Source: Octopus sinensis (lineage: Eukaryota). Taken from it: DNA of 64,000 bases. How positions within the stretch are numbered: position 1 is the stretch's first letter; each line of letters starts with the position of its first letter. The notes under the pieces are model-generated. The model saw only the letters and a list, made by a program, of their open reading frames with translations, was not told the origin of the DNA and ran no database searches. The position numbers and the translations under genes are program-made. The stretch spans positions 37,324,001 through 37,388,000 of the forward strand of contig NC_043015.1 of assembly GCF_006345805.1 (NCBI RefSeq). Direction: 5' to 3'. Of this stretch, positions 1 through 13,781 are shown piece after piece.

Positions 1-1679
1 ATTTTCTGAAGGAGAATAGGAGAGGAAATATCTTTTCGAGCATAGCTCTTTGTCAGAAAGATAAAAAAAAGTACGCAGAGGAAAAAGAAGACTAAGCATC
101 AGATTATCTATCCAATCAGCTGCGAGAGAAATGTTACGAGTGCTCCTCGAACTAACCCGTTGTCCTTGCTTTGTACTGTGTCTTAATAATAATAATAAAA
201 AGTGATGGTTATAGACAGTATTTATCTCAGCACAAGGTTTACTATTCTATGATGGCTGACAGGCTGGGTTAACGGCACCAGTAGCAAGGACGACGCTACC
301 GAGGCAATACCGAGTTATACGTGATAAACTACTGAGTAAGTTGGTTCACTCTATGAAGATACGAAGTAGTAGTTACTCTATTGTGAAACACGGAATCGGC
401 ATATAAACACACATATTCTCAGAACCTAAGTCAAATATTATCAATAATAAATGTACTCTGTCTATATGGAATTCTATATCATGTGTATTCCTGATGGTCG
501 TTAAAACCATTTAAATTTTGCATGGCTAGATTTACAAGAATGAACGATCATATTGCAAAACTATTCATATTCAAGATGAAATGAAGATTTAAAAATTATT
601 GGCATTTGCAGATTATAAATATAGCCAAACGATTTACGCTTAAATTGCTTCTGAAATAGTGAATATTTGTTAAATATTCAGACATAACTCTAGCGAACAT
701 CATAAAATTCCGTTCAGCGTCATACCTATTAACGGTCTGTCTTAATAAAAGGTTATTAGTGTTGTGGTGCGTGAAGTAATCTCGATGGCAATTAGAGAAT
801 TTCGATAAATATTTCAGACAAATTTTCAACGAATTTATTACTAAGTCTTGAATATTCTTCGATCAGGACATTGAATTTATAGATATTATTAATTCAATAA
901 GCTAATCGCAGGAATTTATGTGTGTATGTGCGCGTGTGTATGGGAGAGAAGACAGACAGAGAAAGAGAGATGCAGAGAGGGAGAGAGGGAGAGAGAGAGA
1001 GAGAGAATGTAGTCTCCTGCAATTTACCCGAATACTTCTCTCTGCAGAAGTAAAATTCTTCTATATATAGGTATTTAGGTATATGTACGTGATATTGACA
1101 GTCGTTCTGTCTCCCTAGCAATAAATCCATAATAGTTTTCTGCTAATAAATCTGTTATACCTTGTATAGATTTGTGTGTATGTGCGTGCTTGTGCATGTG
1201 AGTGTGTGTGGAGGGGCGGGGTGGCTTTGTACGAATGTATACAGCGATATAGATTTATTCATACACACACACACATGGATATGTATGTATATATATACAT
1301 AAATATATACATACATGCATACATGCATATACATATGTCGCAGACTCTGTATTTATCTACCTATCTAATTATCTTTACCTTTATATCCATAACTTTCTAG
1401 CTATTTGTCTATCTAAAGTAAGTCTGAAATGAATTTACAATTTGTTAACTTTCAAGATATATAATATAGAAATCTTAAGGACAGACGGATGCTCACCTTC
1501 TAAGAAGGGAAATGAAAGATCTTTAGGCCTACATGCATCCTAATAACACACGTCAGATTTAATACATAATTTTGGGAATGAATGTGGAAATGGTTAAATG
1601 GTTCCTCTGATATTATTATCATTATTATTATTAGCAACAACACCAACAACAATAATAATAATCGAATAACTAACCACTT

Positions 1680-1925
1680 ACTTCAACGAAGCGTTCAATC
1701 GAATCATAGAGGGATATGAATTTCCAAACAGCTATAAATAGAAAAACAGCGAATAATTTGGTGTAATGTACCATTCCGCCGTAATATCTGTTCACCTATC
1801 GCCAAACGAGTCTTTTCCTTATTAGATAAACACTTTCTGAAGAATCAGACAAGCAACATCTGTAGAAATATCATATTTTAATAGAAATACTGTTAAATTT
1901 ACCTTCAGCAGGACATGTATGTGCA
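1680..1925 (+). mobile_element. Decayed Penelope-like element ORF fragment (region between RT and GIY-YIG)
   Basis: Manual translation from 1741 gives EKQRIIWCNVPFRRNICSPIAKRVFSLLDKHFLKNQTSNICRNIIFNRNTVKFTFS. This matches the PLE motif R-x-IIWFNPPF...FLxLIDKHF...IFNRNTVKxSYS. Upstream codons are frameshifted. Confidence 0.75.
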
Positions 1926-2874
1926 ACGACAGAACTGGAAAGTATTAATCTTAAAGAGAATCTTTATTTGTGTAACGGATTTAATCCTCTAAATCATATT
2001 TGACATAATTCTTGTCTTTCTAAATCGATAGGTTACGGTGTCAAAGCAATTACAGAAGATAATTCCCAGCTATTTAAATGTATAAAGCACTTTAATCAAC
2101 ACATACACTTTTTAATATTGCACCCGTCTATTTACAAATAAATGTGGACATATGGCCTTACAAATATAATTTCCTTCAGAATTGTTATATTTTCGTTAAT
2201 ATATGTCAAGCATCAAAATAGGGGGAAGAATGTTGGGAAAGTATCAATAAATCTGTTTTGCTTTCTTCAATAAACATTCATAACTGTTTTTTTTTTTTAG
2301 TTTACGTCGTAAATTTAAATATTTCGAATTCCCTAAAGGGTGAAAGCGAAATAGCCGTGTAATATATTTAATGTTGTTTAAAAGGCATCAAATTTCCTTC
2401 AGACAACCTCAATAAATATTTGTTATATTTGTCTTGAAATATGAAAATAAAGGTGAATAAGTGAGGGCGAGAGAGAAAAAGAGAGATGGAGGGAGAGCGA
2501 GGGAAAGAGAGAGAAGGATATACGATAATGTTCAGACTATACGTCAATGCATTTTTTTGCTGATGTGTATAATGGTCGGGGTTATACATAAATACAAAAT
2601 AGTGTCACTTAATAAATTCATTGATTGCTCGACAAATTACGAAAAGCGGACACAGAAGTTTTGCATTCGATCAAATTTAAGCTTAAAATGAATCTCATAA
2701 CCTATATTAAGTTCATTAAACAAACAGATTTATAATGCAGTTGTATGTGACTCAAATTATTGTTAATATGTTATTGATATAACTGTCTAACTATACACCG
2801 ACCTATCCATCGATCTTTCTATGTTTCAATCTACATGAGTTTAACTCTCTTTCTATCGATAAATAATATATATA

Positions 2875-3175
2875 CAGGGTGCGATGGGTAAATTGACGCC
2901 CTTTTATATTTTCAATTCTGCTCATACGCCTTATCTGTTTTTCCTTTTGTCGACTACAGAGTATATTAGGGTCAGTGGGGCACCGTCTGTGAGGAAAACA
3001 GCATAATGACGCAATTCACTCAGCCAGGTTTGGAAATGAAATGCCGTAATGCTAGGCATCCGGGCCGGAAGTTCCGATACGAACATTTCATAGTATTTGG
3101 GTATCGATTTGAGGACAGTGTAATCTCAGGACCTGTACCGAGAGTGATAGCAACAAGAGGCGGCATCATGAAACA
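2875..3175 (+). mobile_element. Tc1/mariner 5' fragment (TIR plus start of transposase HTH)
   Basis: TA|CAGGGTGCG terminus at 2873-2883, the same as at 37523-37533. From 3006 the reading MTQFTQPGLE...AGSSDTNIS.YLGIDLRTV (across frameshifts) resembles a transposase N-terminal HTH. Confidence 0.65.
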
Positions 3176-3195
3176 CAAGCAGGTGAAATACATCA

Positions 3196-3410
3196 GGTGG
3201 CGAGCTGGCAGAATCCTTAGGGCGCTGGATGAAATGCTTGGCAGTATTTCGCCAGTCGCTACGTTCTGAGTTCAAAGTTGGTGGAGGTCGACTTTGCCTT
3301 TCATCCTTTCGGAGTAAAATAAGTACCAGATGAAGACTGGGGATGATGCGAACGACGCATCCCCTCCTCCCACATTCTGGCCTTTGTGCAAAAATCTGAA
3401 ACCATTAATA
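3196..3410 (+). mobile_element. tRNA-derived SINE (family 1, GGCGAGCTGGCAGAA head)
   Basis: A-box-like GGCGAGCTGGCAGAATCCTTAG, B-box GAGTTCAAA, and body GAGGTCGACTTTGCCTTTCATCCTTTCGG shared with 17463-17693 and 5110-5646. Confidence 0.85.
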
Positions 3411-3411
3411 C

Positions 3412-3450
<39 letters not shown>

Positions 3451-4692
3451 GCATATGTACGTAAGTTCTGTCAGACTGTAAGTCTAACTCCTTAGATTTC
3501 TAAACTGATTCTAATTAATTACATTAAATGTTCACATTTCAAGACGTCCTCAGCATTTCTGCCTGAGACTAACTGAAATATTTGTAAGCATAGATGACAA
3601 TATGTCTATGTTTTATACGCATATATACGTCTTTGTTTAAACACACGCACACATATACTTAAACGTATGTATATGTATGTAAGTATGTATATTATTTATA
3701 CACTCAAATATATACTTACACTCAATGATTCACAAGGACGCGTGTTACTAACCAGAGATGAAAGGATTAACTGAGTGTTACGTATTAAAGTTGATGGTTT
3801 TATAGGTCTACATTTAGTTGACTTGATACCCGGATTGAGAGAAAATGAAAGTGATGCGTTTAGTGCACTTTAATCATACATACATGCATTCATACATACA
3901 TTAATACATATATATATACACACCCGTATAATATTATATCATATACATATTAGATGTACATACATATTACATATACATAAATACGTATATATTATACGCA
4001 TGTGCATACGCGCGCACAGATATATACGAATATATAAATGTATGGATATATGAATATGTTTAAATATATATGGGTATGTGTCATGCCAATTGAAATGGAT
4101 GGCACTATAAATGTAAACTTTGCAGAAAGAAATTGAAATTGAGAACCGCCATATTTATTACATTTTATAATATATTATATTAAAAACTCATCTAAAATAA
4201 ACGTACTTCACTTCCAACCAATCCAGTTGAACTTTAGCGAGAAAATGAAAAGTGAGGTCTCCTCTATGATTCTAGCGACAGATACTTTCTCAATGTGTCA
4301 GTTATAGGAGATTATCGGATTTCACTTGATATATACTTAGTGCGCTAGCGCATGATTTTGTGGGTAAGAATCTTGACCACGTAACGAAGTGTTTTCGGTT
4401 GTCATCGCATTTCTCCTGCTGTTGTTTCGTGACAACTAAAGATTTGTGAATGAAATATTGTAGTTGGCATTTCGGAAGCCCTTGAAAAGAATCATCATGT
4501 GTTCGGTGGTTAAACTTAATCCCTCACTTGTCTATCTGGTTGCTCCACACAACACTTGGTTGTGATTACAGGTTTTGAATATTGGTGTCCGCATTAAAGT
4601 TAATTTCTCATCAAAAGGCCCTGAATTATCCTTAACAGAATAACAATAGTAACAAGACTGGTCTCTCCTTTAATTTTAGAAAATATTGCGAA

Positions 4693-4908
4693 AAAGTAAA
4701 GTATAATACCCGTCTCAATATGGCTAACCACAAAGGGTGGGTGTTACTGTAGCTTTTAGCCCCAGGAGATCATCGTCTCCAGCTGGCTTTAGGCACAGAA
4801 AAATGTGCCTAAAGCCAGCTGGAGACGATAATCTCCTGGGGCTAAAAGCTACAGTAACACCCACCCTTTGTGGTTAGCCATATTGAGATGGGTATTATAC
4901 TTTACTTT
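4693..4908. mobile_element. Fully palindromic MITE-like/foldback element
   Basis: Arm 4693-4797 is the reverse complement of 4804-4908: 105 bp with 2 mismatches (4712, 4771) and a 6-nt loop GAAAAA. Confidence 0.8.
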
Positions 4909-5109
4909 GTCGAGGGGTTACTGTTTACATCTCGTTCTGAGATTTATTATTGATTACGAAAAAATTATTAGGAAAATCAGAAAACTATAAAGAGTAATAC
5001 ACGCTTGACGGTCGTAGCGTCTCGCTTAGCAGCTCAGAGGATAATGAGTCGTTCTCTCACCAGCAGTTTATTTATTCTTTTCTACTCTAAGCACAAGGCC
5101 CGAATGTTT

Positions 5110-5646
5110 CGGGGAGGGGGCCAGTCGATTACATGGACACCAGTATGCAACTGGTACTTAATTTATCGACCGCGAAAGGATAAAAGGCTAAGTCGAGATC
5201 GGCGGAATTTGAACGCAGAACATAAAGACAGACGCATTTCATCCGGCGTGTTAACGTTGCTTATTTCCTTATTGCCCACAAGGGGCTAAACATAGAGGGG
5301 ACCAACAAGGACAGACAAAATTAACTAGTATTTAATTTATCGACCCCTAAATGATGAAAGGCAAAGTCGACCTCAGCGGAATTTGAACTCAGAACGTAAC
5401 GGCAGACGAAATACCTATTTCTTTACTACCGACAAGGGGCTAAACACAGAGAGGACAAACAAGGACAGATAAACGGATTAAATCGATTTTAGCAACCCCA
5501 GTGTCTAACCGGTACTTATTTAATCGACCCAGAAAGGATGAAAGGAAAAGTTGACCTCGGCGGAATTTGAATTCAAAATCTAGCAGCAGACGATATACCG
5601 CTAAGAATTTTGCCCGGCGTGTTAACGTTTCTGCCAGCTCGCCGCC
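5110..5646 (-). mobile_element. Head-to-tail trimer of family-1 SINE
   Basis: Three successive copies of the GTCGAC..GGAATTTGAA core (~5190, ~5370, ~5570). One head is intact, ending at 5646; junctions lie at ~5415/5416 and ~5261/5262. Confidence 0.85.
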
Positions 5647-6464
5647 TTACCAGCAATTTATTTATGATAATAAAATGTAAAGATCACCTTGACGGGAAGT
5701 TTGAACAATTCCCGCCACACATGGCCTTCTATCAGATACCAATTATCCGTGTTACTGCATTAAATATAAGGAGAACATAACCATTTTCTTTTTGATTAGT
5801 TTAGATTTACGCCAAAGTAACAACACACACGCACACACATAAACACAGGTACACATTCACGGTAATTTAGTGCGCAGATTAGGAATGTAGAATGCTGCAA
5901 ACTTAATGGCAGGCGACAACTCAGGTGTGATGCAACTACATAATTTCTCCGACCTTCTCGAATTATCTGATGATCTCTCACAAATCCTTTCCAATCATCT
6001 TTTAAAGTTTTTTAATGAGAAAAATTAAGAAACACCATTGGCTGCTTTTCTCTAAATAGTGAATTATCAAATTAATCAATAAAGAAAAAAATAGGAAACA
6101 ATTTTGATGTTAATTTTACAAATTACTCTGCAACTCACAAAGAGGTTTTAGTGTGACCATTTTTCTAAGGCTTATTGCGTATGCTGTGCGCTAGTTGCAT
6201 GTACCAATGCACAACGGAACAAAAGTGAACATGTAAGTTCAGTATTTGGATGAAGGTGAGATGTACGTGAAGAATGTTTGCAGGATCTTGGGAATAGGCA
6301 GTTCGCTAGCGTTCCCCAGCCGCAAGTATATTCCTGTTGGGAGAACGTCTTGTTTGCCGTAGATTTTCCACAGACGCAAAATTCGCTTCGGCTGACACAG
6401 AAGGCAAGAAGAAAATAAGGCTGAAATTGGAAGACATAAATGTGGCAATTTTACCGCAAAATGA

Positions 6465-6605
6465 ACTGAGCTGGCAGAGTCGTTGGCCCGCTAGGTATAA
6501 GGCTTAAAGCTATTTCTTCCGACTCTTTACGGTTTGAGTTCAAATACTGCCGAGTTTGACTTTGACATTCATTTTTTTCGAGGGCCAGTAAATGCAAGAC
6601 TGGTA
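6465..6605 (+). mobile_element. Decayed family-1 SINE
   Basis: GAGCTGGCAGAGTCGTTGG...TTTGAGTTCAAATACTGCCGAGTTTGACTTT, similar to 17463-17693. Confidence 0.7.
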
Positions 6606-7198
6606 CATGCGTTAATAGTAGAAGTAATTCTAGAAGTATCTGCAGCAGCAGCAGCAGCAATTGTATGATGGTTGTGGCGGTGGCGGAGGCGGCGGCGATG
6701 GTATTATTAGTCGTGTCGGAAATGGAAGAGGTTTTCGGAAGTTGGAGGAAGAGGGAGACGCCGATGTTGGTGGTGATGGTGAGGATGTGTTAAAGAAACG
6801 AATAATGGCGGTAGCGATAATTACAAGGATACCGACGATGGCGATAATGATGATGGGGATAATGATAAGGATTGATTACGACGACCATGACGATGATGCT
6901 GCTGCTGGTGGTGATGCTGATGGTGATGGCGATAACCTCAGCCAAACAGTGTTAAATGTCTTGACCAAGAACATATGAAAATGCAATTATCGCTATAATG
7001 AAGTCACACACCAATGTGGCAAGAATTCCTTATTGCAATTCAACCAATCACCAGTCGCCACCTAATTAATCTCCTCCATCACTGCAATTCTTGCTCCTAG
7101 AGAATATTTCTGTTTAATTACGCTTCCAAGACAGGTGTTAATCTAATTTAATTAGCTGTTTTAGTTAATATTTCATATACCTTTCTCACTTCTCTCAC

Positions 7199-7248
<50 letters not shown>

Positions 7249-7256
7249 CATCTATC
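7199..7256. repeat. (TCTA)n microsatellite within a larger (TA)/(CA) microsatellite field (7199-7845)
   Basis: Direct reading of the sequence. Confidence 0.95.
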
Positions 7257-7371
7257 TGTGTCTGCCCACTTCATTCTTCAATATTTCTCTTTTCCCTTAC
7301 ATACATATATACATACATGTATCGTATATATGCATATGTGTGTGTGTATGTATATAAACATATATATATAT

Positions 7372-7412
<41 letters not shown>

Positions 7413-7608
7413 AAATATATATATAAACATAGATATGTACGTATGTATAGACATGTATATATATATAAACATATATATATATATAGATAGATAGATAGAG
7501 TTATATAGACATATATATATAAATCGATATTTCTACAAGTACATATAGATCCATATCCATTTACATATGCATCTGTACTTGTGCATATACGTATGTATAT
7601 ATGTATAT

Positions 7609-7658
<50 letters not shown>

Positions 7659-8924
7659 TAGATAGATATATATATATATACATATATATATACATATATA
7701 TATATATGCATATATGTATATATACATATATATGTATGTATTTATAGGTACACATTTTGTATATATGTGTGCTTGGAGTGTGTATGTGTGTGGGGGGGGC
7801 GTGTGTGTGTGCGTGTGTGTGCGTGTGTGTGTGTGTGTGTGTGTACGAAGCGATACCTTATTCGTGGAAATATAGCGCAACGAGGAGGATAATGCCATAA
7901 ACGCTGGAACCAATCAGGTAATGGTAGGTGTTAACACATTGCTCAATGCTTATTGCTCTATAACATCACAGAGAGTGCAACACCAAATTGATCATCCAAC
8001 CGCTGTATGCAGTATCATTTCGCCGACTCACCAGACTGGCATAGTTTTAACGTGTGAACTTTATTGTTCAGGTTAATTTAATATAAAACTTTCCATTAAG
8101 TTCCGATAATAATAATAACAATAAACAGAAGAATGTTTCTAATATATTCAGACAAATCAAAGAACTTATTATCCAGTGTATTGCTTTCATAAAAGACGAA
8201 ATGGTTGATTGGTTGAGATAAGACACAATAACATTATCACCTAATGGGTTACGGGTACAAATTCACCGCTGTTGTATCACTGTGTTTCTGGGTTGTAATA
8301 ATATTTCCATCTATGTTCGGCCGTGCCACAAGATCTTGCAGATAAATAACACATTTCCAGGCTAATATTTTTAAGAACCATTTTTCCATGTATAATTATT
8401 TTTGATCAAAAATGGTAAAGGTGACTAATTCAATCAGGAGAAAATGGTTGAGATAAGAATAAATCATTATTTTCTTTCTATATATTTTATAATATTTACG
8501 ACACCGACATCACTTTTTCAATGCGGTGAATCGGCAGAATTTGTCGGAGCGCATTTTATTCTGCTTGGTCAAGTTCTGCGTTCAAATCTCGTTGATGTTA
8601 ATCTGTTAACTCTTTGGCTTCTATCAATTTGGGGTCGATAAATAGATAAAAGAATGAAGTGACACAGAGCGAAACATTTGTGGAATTGCTAGAGTGTGAA
8701 ACGATTTGATTTGCATTATGTGATTCAGGTGAGTGTATTATGAATCCAAATTCTATCTTGTACTGCCGAAAACATTGTGGTAGGAGAGTGGGAGTCGTTC
8801 AGGATCCTGCTGACGCTGATGGACCGTAAGTGCCACGTGAGTTGAAATAATATGTCAAGAAATAAGAAGACGACCTCGCAAGGTACCCGGCAATCACAAG
8901 GACAATATAATTCCTTTACTTAAA

Positions 8925-9250
8925 ATGTTTTTGATTTTCCCCAGTAAGAATTATAATTACATTTCAAGGCCTCATTTTTTATTTCTTTTGTATTCATTAA
9001 TACAAGGGGGAGTGGATGGTTGTCTGGATGTGATCAATGTTTTTCTAATTAAAATCCCAGATATTGTTCTTTGATTTGGACATGTATGACTATGGTTTTG
9101 GAAGAGTGATTTTAAAGTCAGAATAATTATGACTTCAAATACAATCAGAATAAATGCTTTAAGTGTGGCAAATTGTTTCTCAGTTTTAAATATGATCTGA
9201 ATTTCTTTAAAAAAAATCTTCAATATGATTTGAGTTTAAAAAATGTTGGA
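8925..9250 (+). repeat. Unclassified dispersed repeat, copy A
   Basis: Shares CCAGTAA.AATTATAATTACATT.CAAGG, TTCTTTTGTATTCATT, GATGGTTGT.TGGATG, AAAATCCC.GAT and ATGATCTGAATTT in the same order with 36945-37260. Confidence 0.75.
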
Positions 9251-9548
9251 GCGGGAGATTCCCAACCCCAAATAAGTACTGTACGTTCGCCCACAAATTC
9301 ATAAAATACTTATGGCGACAACTATATATATACATATACATACATATATATTCATTTATATATATACATATACATATGCATATATATATATACATATACA
9401 TATATGTCTGTGTGTATAAATGCATATACGTATATGCATATATATATGTATATATACATCTATGTATATACATATATACAAATATATATATGTATTTACA
9501 TATGTATGTATATATATATATATATACATATGTAAATACATATATGTC

Positions 9549-9581
<33 letters not shown>

Positions 9582-10489
9582 GCTTTGAGAAATCAAACGA
9601 TGAAGCTGCTGTCAAAAGGTGTCTCGTGATACATTGGTCATGTGACTTGACGGGGGAATTTAAAATATGATCCACATCAACACATCTACTGTAAATAATT
9701 AATCTATAATTTCAAAGGTTTGTTAATCATCTCATCGTAGAAGCGTATATAATATACCCTGGTGTATCAATCATCGTACTGAAGTCTCCTGTGCGGCTGT
9801 CAACATCGCATATTCCTAATTCCTCACGGGACTCTACGCAGAAACTTACGCAATTAGATAACTTTCTGGGGAATCGAATTCAATGAATGCCATTGTTTCT
9901 GTGATTATCTTCATGTTCCTGTATTAAGAAATATATGGTGTTGTCCATGTTCGTATTTAGAATTTATTACCGTTGTCGATAGGGCGGCTTGCTGGGTGCC
10001 ATAAGGAGAGTGGGTGTACTGGCTTAGTTAATATGGAAACGAGAAATTTATTGGAAAGCATGGACGAGTGAACAAGCGTGTACGTGTATGTATGTACATT
10101 TTCACGCACGTGTGCGTCACCGAACTTGAACGTCTGCAAGTACACACACACAAGTATGCACCTTCATTCAATATTCACTATATGTATATATATTTATATC
10201 TGTATATGTGTGTTTATTTGTGTGTGTGTGTGTGTGTGTACTCATCATCAATATCCCCAGGTCTCCCTCTTGTGTGGTGTTTTGCCATAATAATCGATTG
10301 TTCTTCATTGTTTGCACGACTTTCGTGTAACCCCACATTCTATTTGTACCGCGCTGTCCACAAGATTTTTATTAATGTAAACCCTTTGCGGTTAATGAAG
10401 AAATCGTTATATTGTCATCATTATCATTGTTATTGTTATTATTATTATTATTATTATTATCATTATTGTTGTTGTTGAGGTATCACATA

Positions 10490-10584
10490 TTTAGTGACCA
10501 TACTTCTAGAACGCTGCGAAGAATACACGCTTCCACGCTGAGATTGTTATTGTTGTTGTTGTTATTATTATTATTATTATTATT

Positions 10585-10640
<56 letters not shown>

Positions 10641-11110
10641 TGTGTTCAAATTCCGCTGAGGTGAACTTCCCTTTTCACCATTTCGGGATCGATAAAATAA
10701 GCAGCCGCCTCACCCCCACTACCAGCATTATGCACTCAATAACATGTCTCTTTTTGCCTTAGATCGGAGGTACAGCACCGAGATCCTTTGAAATTGTCCT
10801 CAATGCGCCGATATCAAAAGGGGCAATTTTCACGGTTGCCTGTTGTATTTTCACGTAAATGTTTCGAAAATCCTGGTATTTGTCGACCTTCGCTCTCTCG
10901 GTTATCCGTCTCAGCAGCAACAGCATATGTCCATCACGACCCATTTATGTGTCTTTGTGCACAACTGTGTTGTCAAGGTGATCGCGTTCCACACGCCTCT
11001 CTGTAGAGGTGGCCATATGTACATGAACTTCTCTGCCTCAGTCTCTACCGTCACGATTCTTTCTTCCATACGCACAATGCCTTCGATCTTAGTAGGAGGG
11101 GGTTTACACA
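10490..11110 (-). mobile_element. R4/Dong-type (RLE) non-LTR retrotransposon, 3' endonuclease fragment, decayed and interrupted
   Basis: ORF track shows KTHKWVVMDI (D of the PD-(D/E)xK region) and ERAKVDKYQDFRN..VKIAPFDIGALRTISKDL, matching KxxKYxDL...VxPxxxGALG. A terminal ACILRSVLEV occurs at ~10500-10530. The fragment is interrupted by (TAT)/(GTA) microsatellites and a SINE piece at 10640-10700. Confidence 0.8.
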
Positions 11111-11160
11111 TCTAAATATATATGTGTGTGTGTGTGTGTGTACATAATATTTATATCAAA

Positions 11161-11349
11161 AATGGGATTACCTTAGGTTTCCCTTCCATAAGGTGTGTAG
11201 CTTTATGGCGTATCGTCAGATCCTAAATGCTGTTGACCCAAGGCCTCTTAAGAAGATTCTTGAGAGGCTTTTAAGGCAACAGGTTTTGGGATTTGATGAT
11301 ACGCCATAAGCTACACACCTTATGGACGGAAACCTAGGGTAATCCCATT
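11161..11349. mobile_element. Palindromic MITE-like element
   Basis: AATGGGATTACCTTAGGTTTCCCTTCCATAAGGTGTGTAGCTTTATGGCGTATC at the left end pairs with GATACGCCATAAGCTACACACCTTATGGACGGAAACCTAGGGTAATCCCATT at the right end. The interior (GCCTCTTAAGAA/TTCTTGAGAGGC) is also self-complementary. Confidence 0.8.
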
Positions 11350-11518
11350 AACAAGCCTTCACCATCTTAATATATACTGCTCTATATCTTAAAGTGTGCT
11401 CTGGCATGGCTGCAGTCAAGTGACTGAAACAACTAGAATAATATATATATGAATATATATATTATATACACACACATATATACATCATAGATATACATCA
11501 TATATATATACATATATA

Positions 11519-11587
<69 letters not shown>

Positions 11588-12362
11588 CATATGTATATAC
11601 ATACATATATTTACAAATTGAGATAGGGGTTGTAAATGCAACCCTCCATGGGATAACATATATCCAATATACTGCTAGTGAAGTACCCAACAAAGTTAAT
11701 ACATAAATGTTAAGGATTGCGATGCAGTCAATTCATTTACTGTATTATATGGGCAAAGGTAAAATGATTTACCACAAATTACTAATACAAGATAAGAAAA
11801 TGGAGAAATACATCTAAATCAAACATCAATTACCAGATAATACTCAATCACATACTTTATTAAACCACCACATAAGAGACTGTAGGGTTAAACATAAAAA
11901 AGCAGAACAAATCAGTGTACATAAAGGAACGTACATAAAAAAGTGTACGTATATATCTATTGATACGCACATACATATATATAAGTACAAACAGACATGC
12001 ATACATACATACAAAGATATATATATACAAACATGTGTGTGTGGAGATGTTTGTATTTATTTGTGTGCACACACACACCTAAACGCATGCACTCATAACA
12101 GTATTGCTGTCCTGTTATCACCGTTGATGTTCTTGGAGCTCATATTGTTATTGTTCTTCCCATTAATCTCCCGAAATGAAAGACGTGAAATATCTATATT
12201 TTTCATAACGAGAATATAATGTATGTAAATTTTTCATTTAAATCTCTTAAATCGAAGATCGTTGAAAATTAGTAATGTTCATATGATCAAAGTCGCCAGG
12301 TGAATCACCACTGTCAACGGCGACATTGTCGTCAACACAACCACCATAACCACTGTCATCAT

Positions 12363-12394
<32 letters not shown>

Positions 12395-12630
12395 CCATCA
12401 TCAACGTAACGGTCAGGAGCAACCGGAACAATATTAACGAACTAGGGAGTACATATGCTACTCATTTATTAGAAATAGCAGCTAAATATTCCTCAAATCC
12501 CCAGCAATCTATGTTAAAAGGAATGTGTGTATATCTTACATAGATACACACACACATACCCATATGTATATATATATATATATATACCTAAATCCATCTT
12601 CTTATATATATACGCATATATATGCATATA

Positions 12631-12684
<54 letters not shown>

Positions 12685-13727
12685 CATGCCTATATCCGTA
12701 TGTATATATATATATAAACATACCTATGAACACACATTTACACATGATATATACATATATGTGTCTGTATTTGTTTGAGAACATACACGCAGAAACACAA
12801 GCATACACACATGCCTACACATACACACACACACACACACACATACATACACATACATACATACACATACACACATGCACACACACGCTTAGTGTGTCTG
12901 CATTCACACCATCCTGTCGCGCTGAAATTAAGATGGATGAGCATGGCTGGTGGACCTTTGATCATAGACCTGCTCAATCAGGGATGATCTTGGGGGCTAA
13001 AACCGCCACAACGAGAATAACACCAACAACAACACTATCACAACAATAAGCCACACGAACAACAACAAAAGCAACAACAAGAACATCCCAACTCAAACAC
13101 TCTCGGTCACAATATAGCAATACATGAGCGCTAAGCTGCGGTAACAAGCTCTTATTCATGGCGAGATGCTGATATATTTGATTTTTGTTCGCTGAGGTGT
13201 GTAAGGCTGCTGCTTGCTGATGGTTCCATTGCCAGAATTAATTTCCTTCGCATTAGAAAGACTCTCTAATGTGTCAAAACACACCAACAAAAATTCCTTT
13301 AGTCTTTCTCCACTCCATCTCGCTCTTTCACCATTCTCTCTTTAATCGTCCACCGTTTCATCCCCCCCCCGTTTTCCTTCGCCTTCCTTCTCTTACTTGT
13401 CCGTACTTTCCCCCTCTTAATCACGTTCGCACATCTTCTTTCTTTCCCGTTAAACCTAAATTTCTGTCTTTATCTTTCACCGCCTCTACATCTTCTTTAT
13501 CTCTCACAATCAATCTATCGCTATTTCCACGTTTCTTTCTCAATCTCCTTCCTAAGGCTAATCGATTGGTAATACATACATACATATAGACATTGCACAT
13601 ACCTACATACGTATGTATTATATATATCTATTTAACTATCTATATAGGTGAAATTATGTGTGTATACATATATGTATGTATAAGCATATATATATATGTA
13701 TATATGTTCATAGATAAACACACACAT

Positions 13728-13781
<54 letters not shown>

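Noticed and set aside
7875-8826. Two 42-nt AG..GT segments (7875-7916, 8785-8826) as a micro-exon series
   Set aside because: The acceptors are weak and the open reading phases are incompatible when joined.
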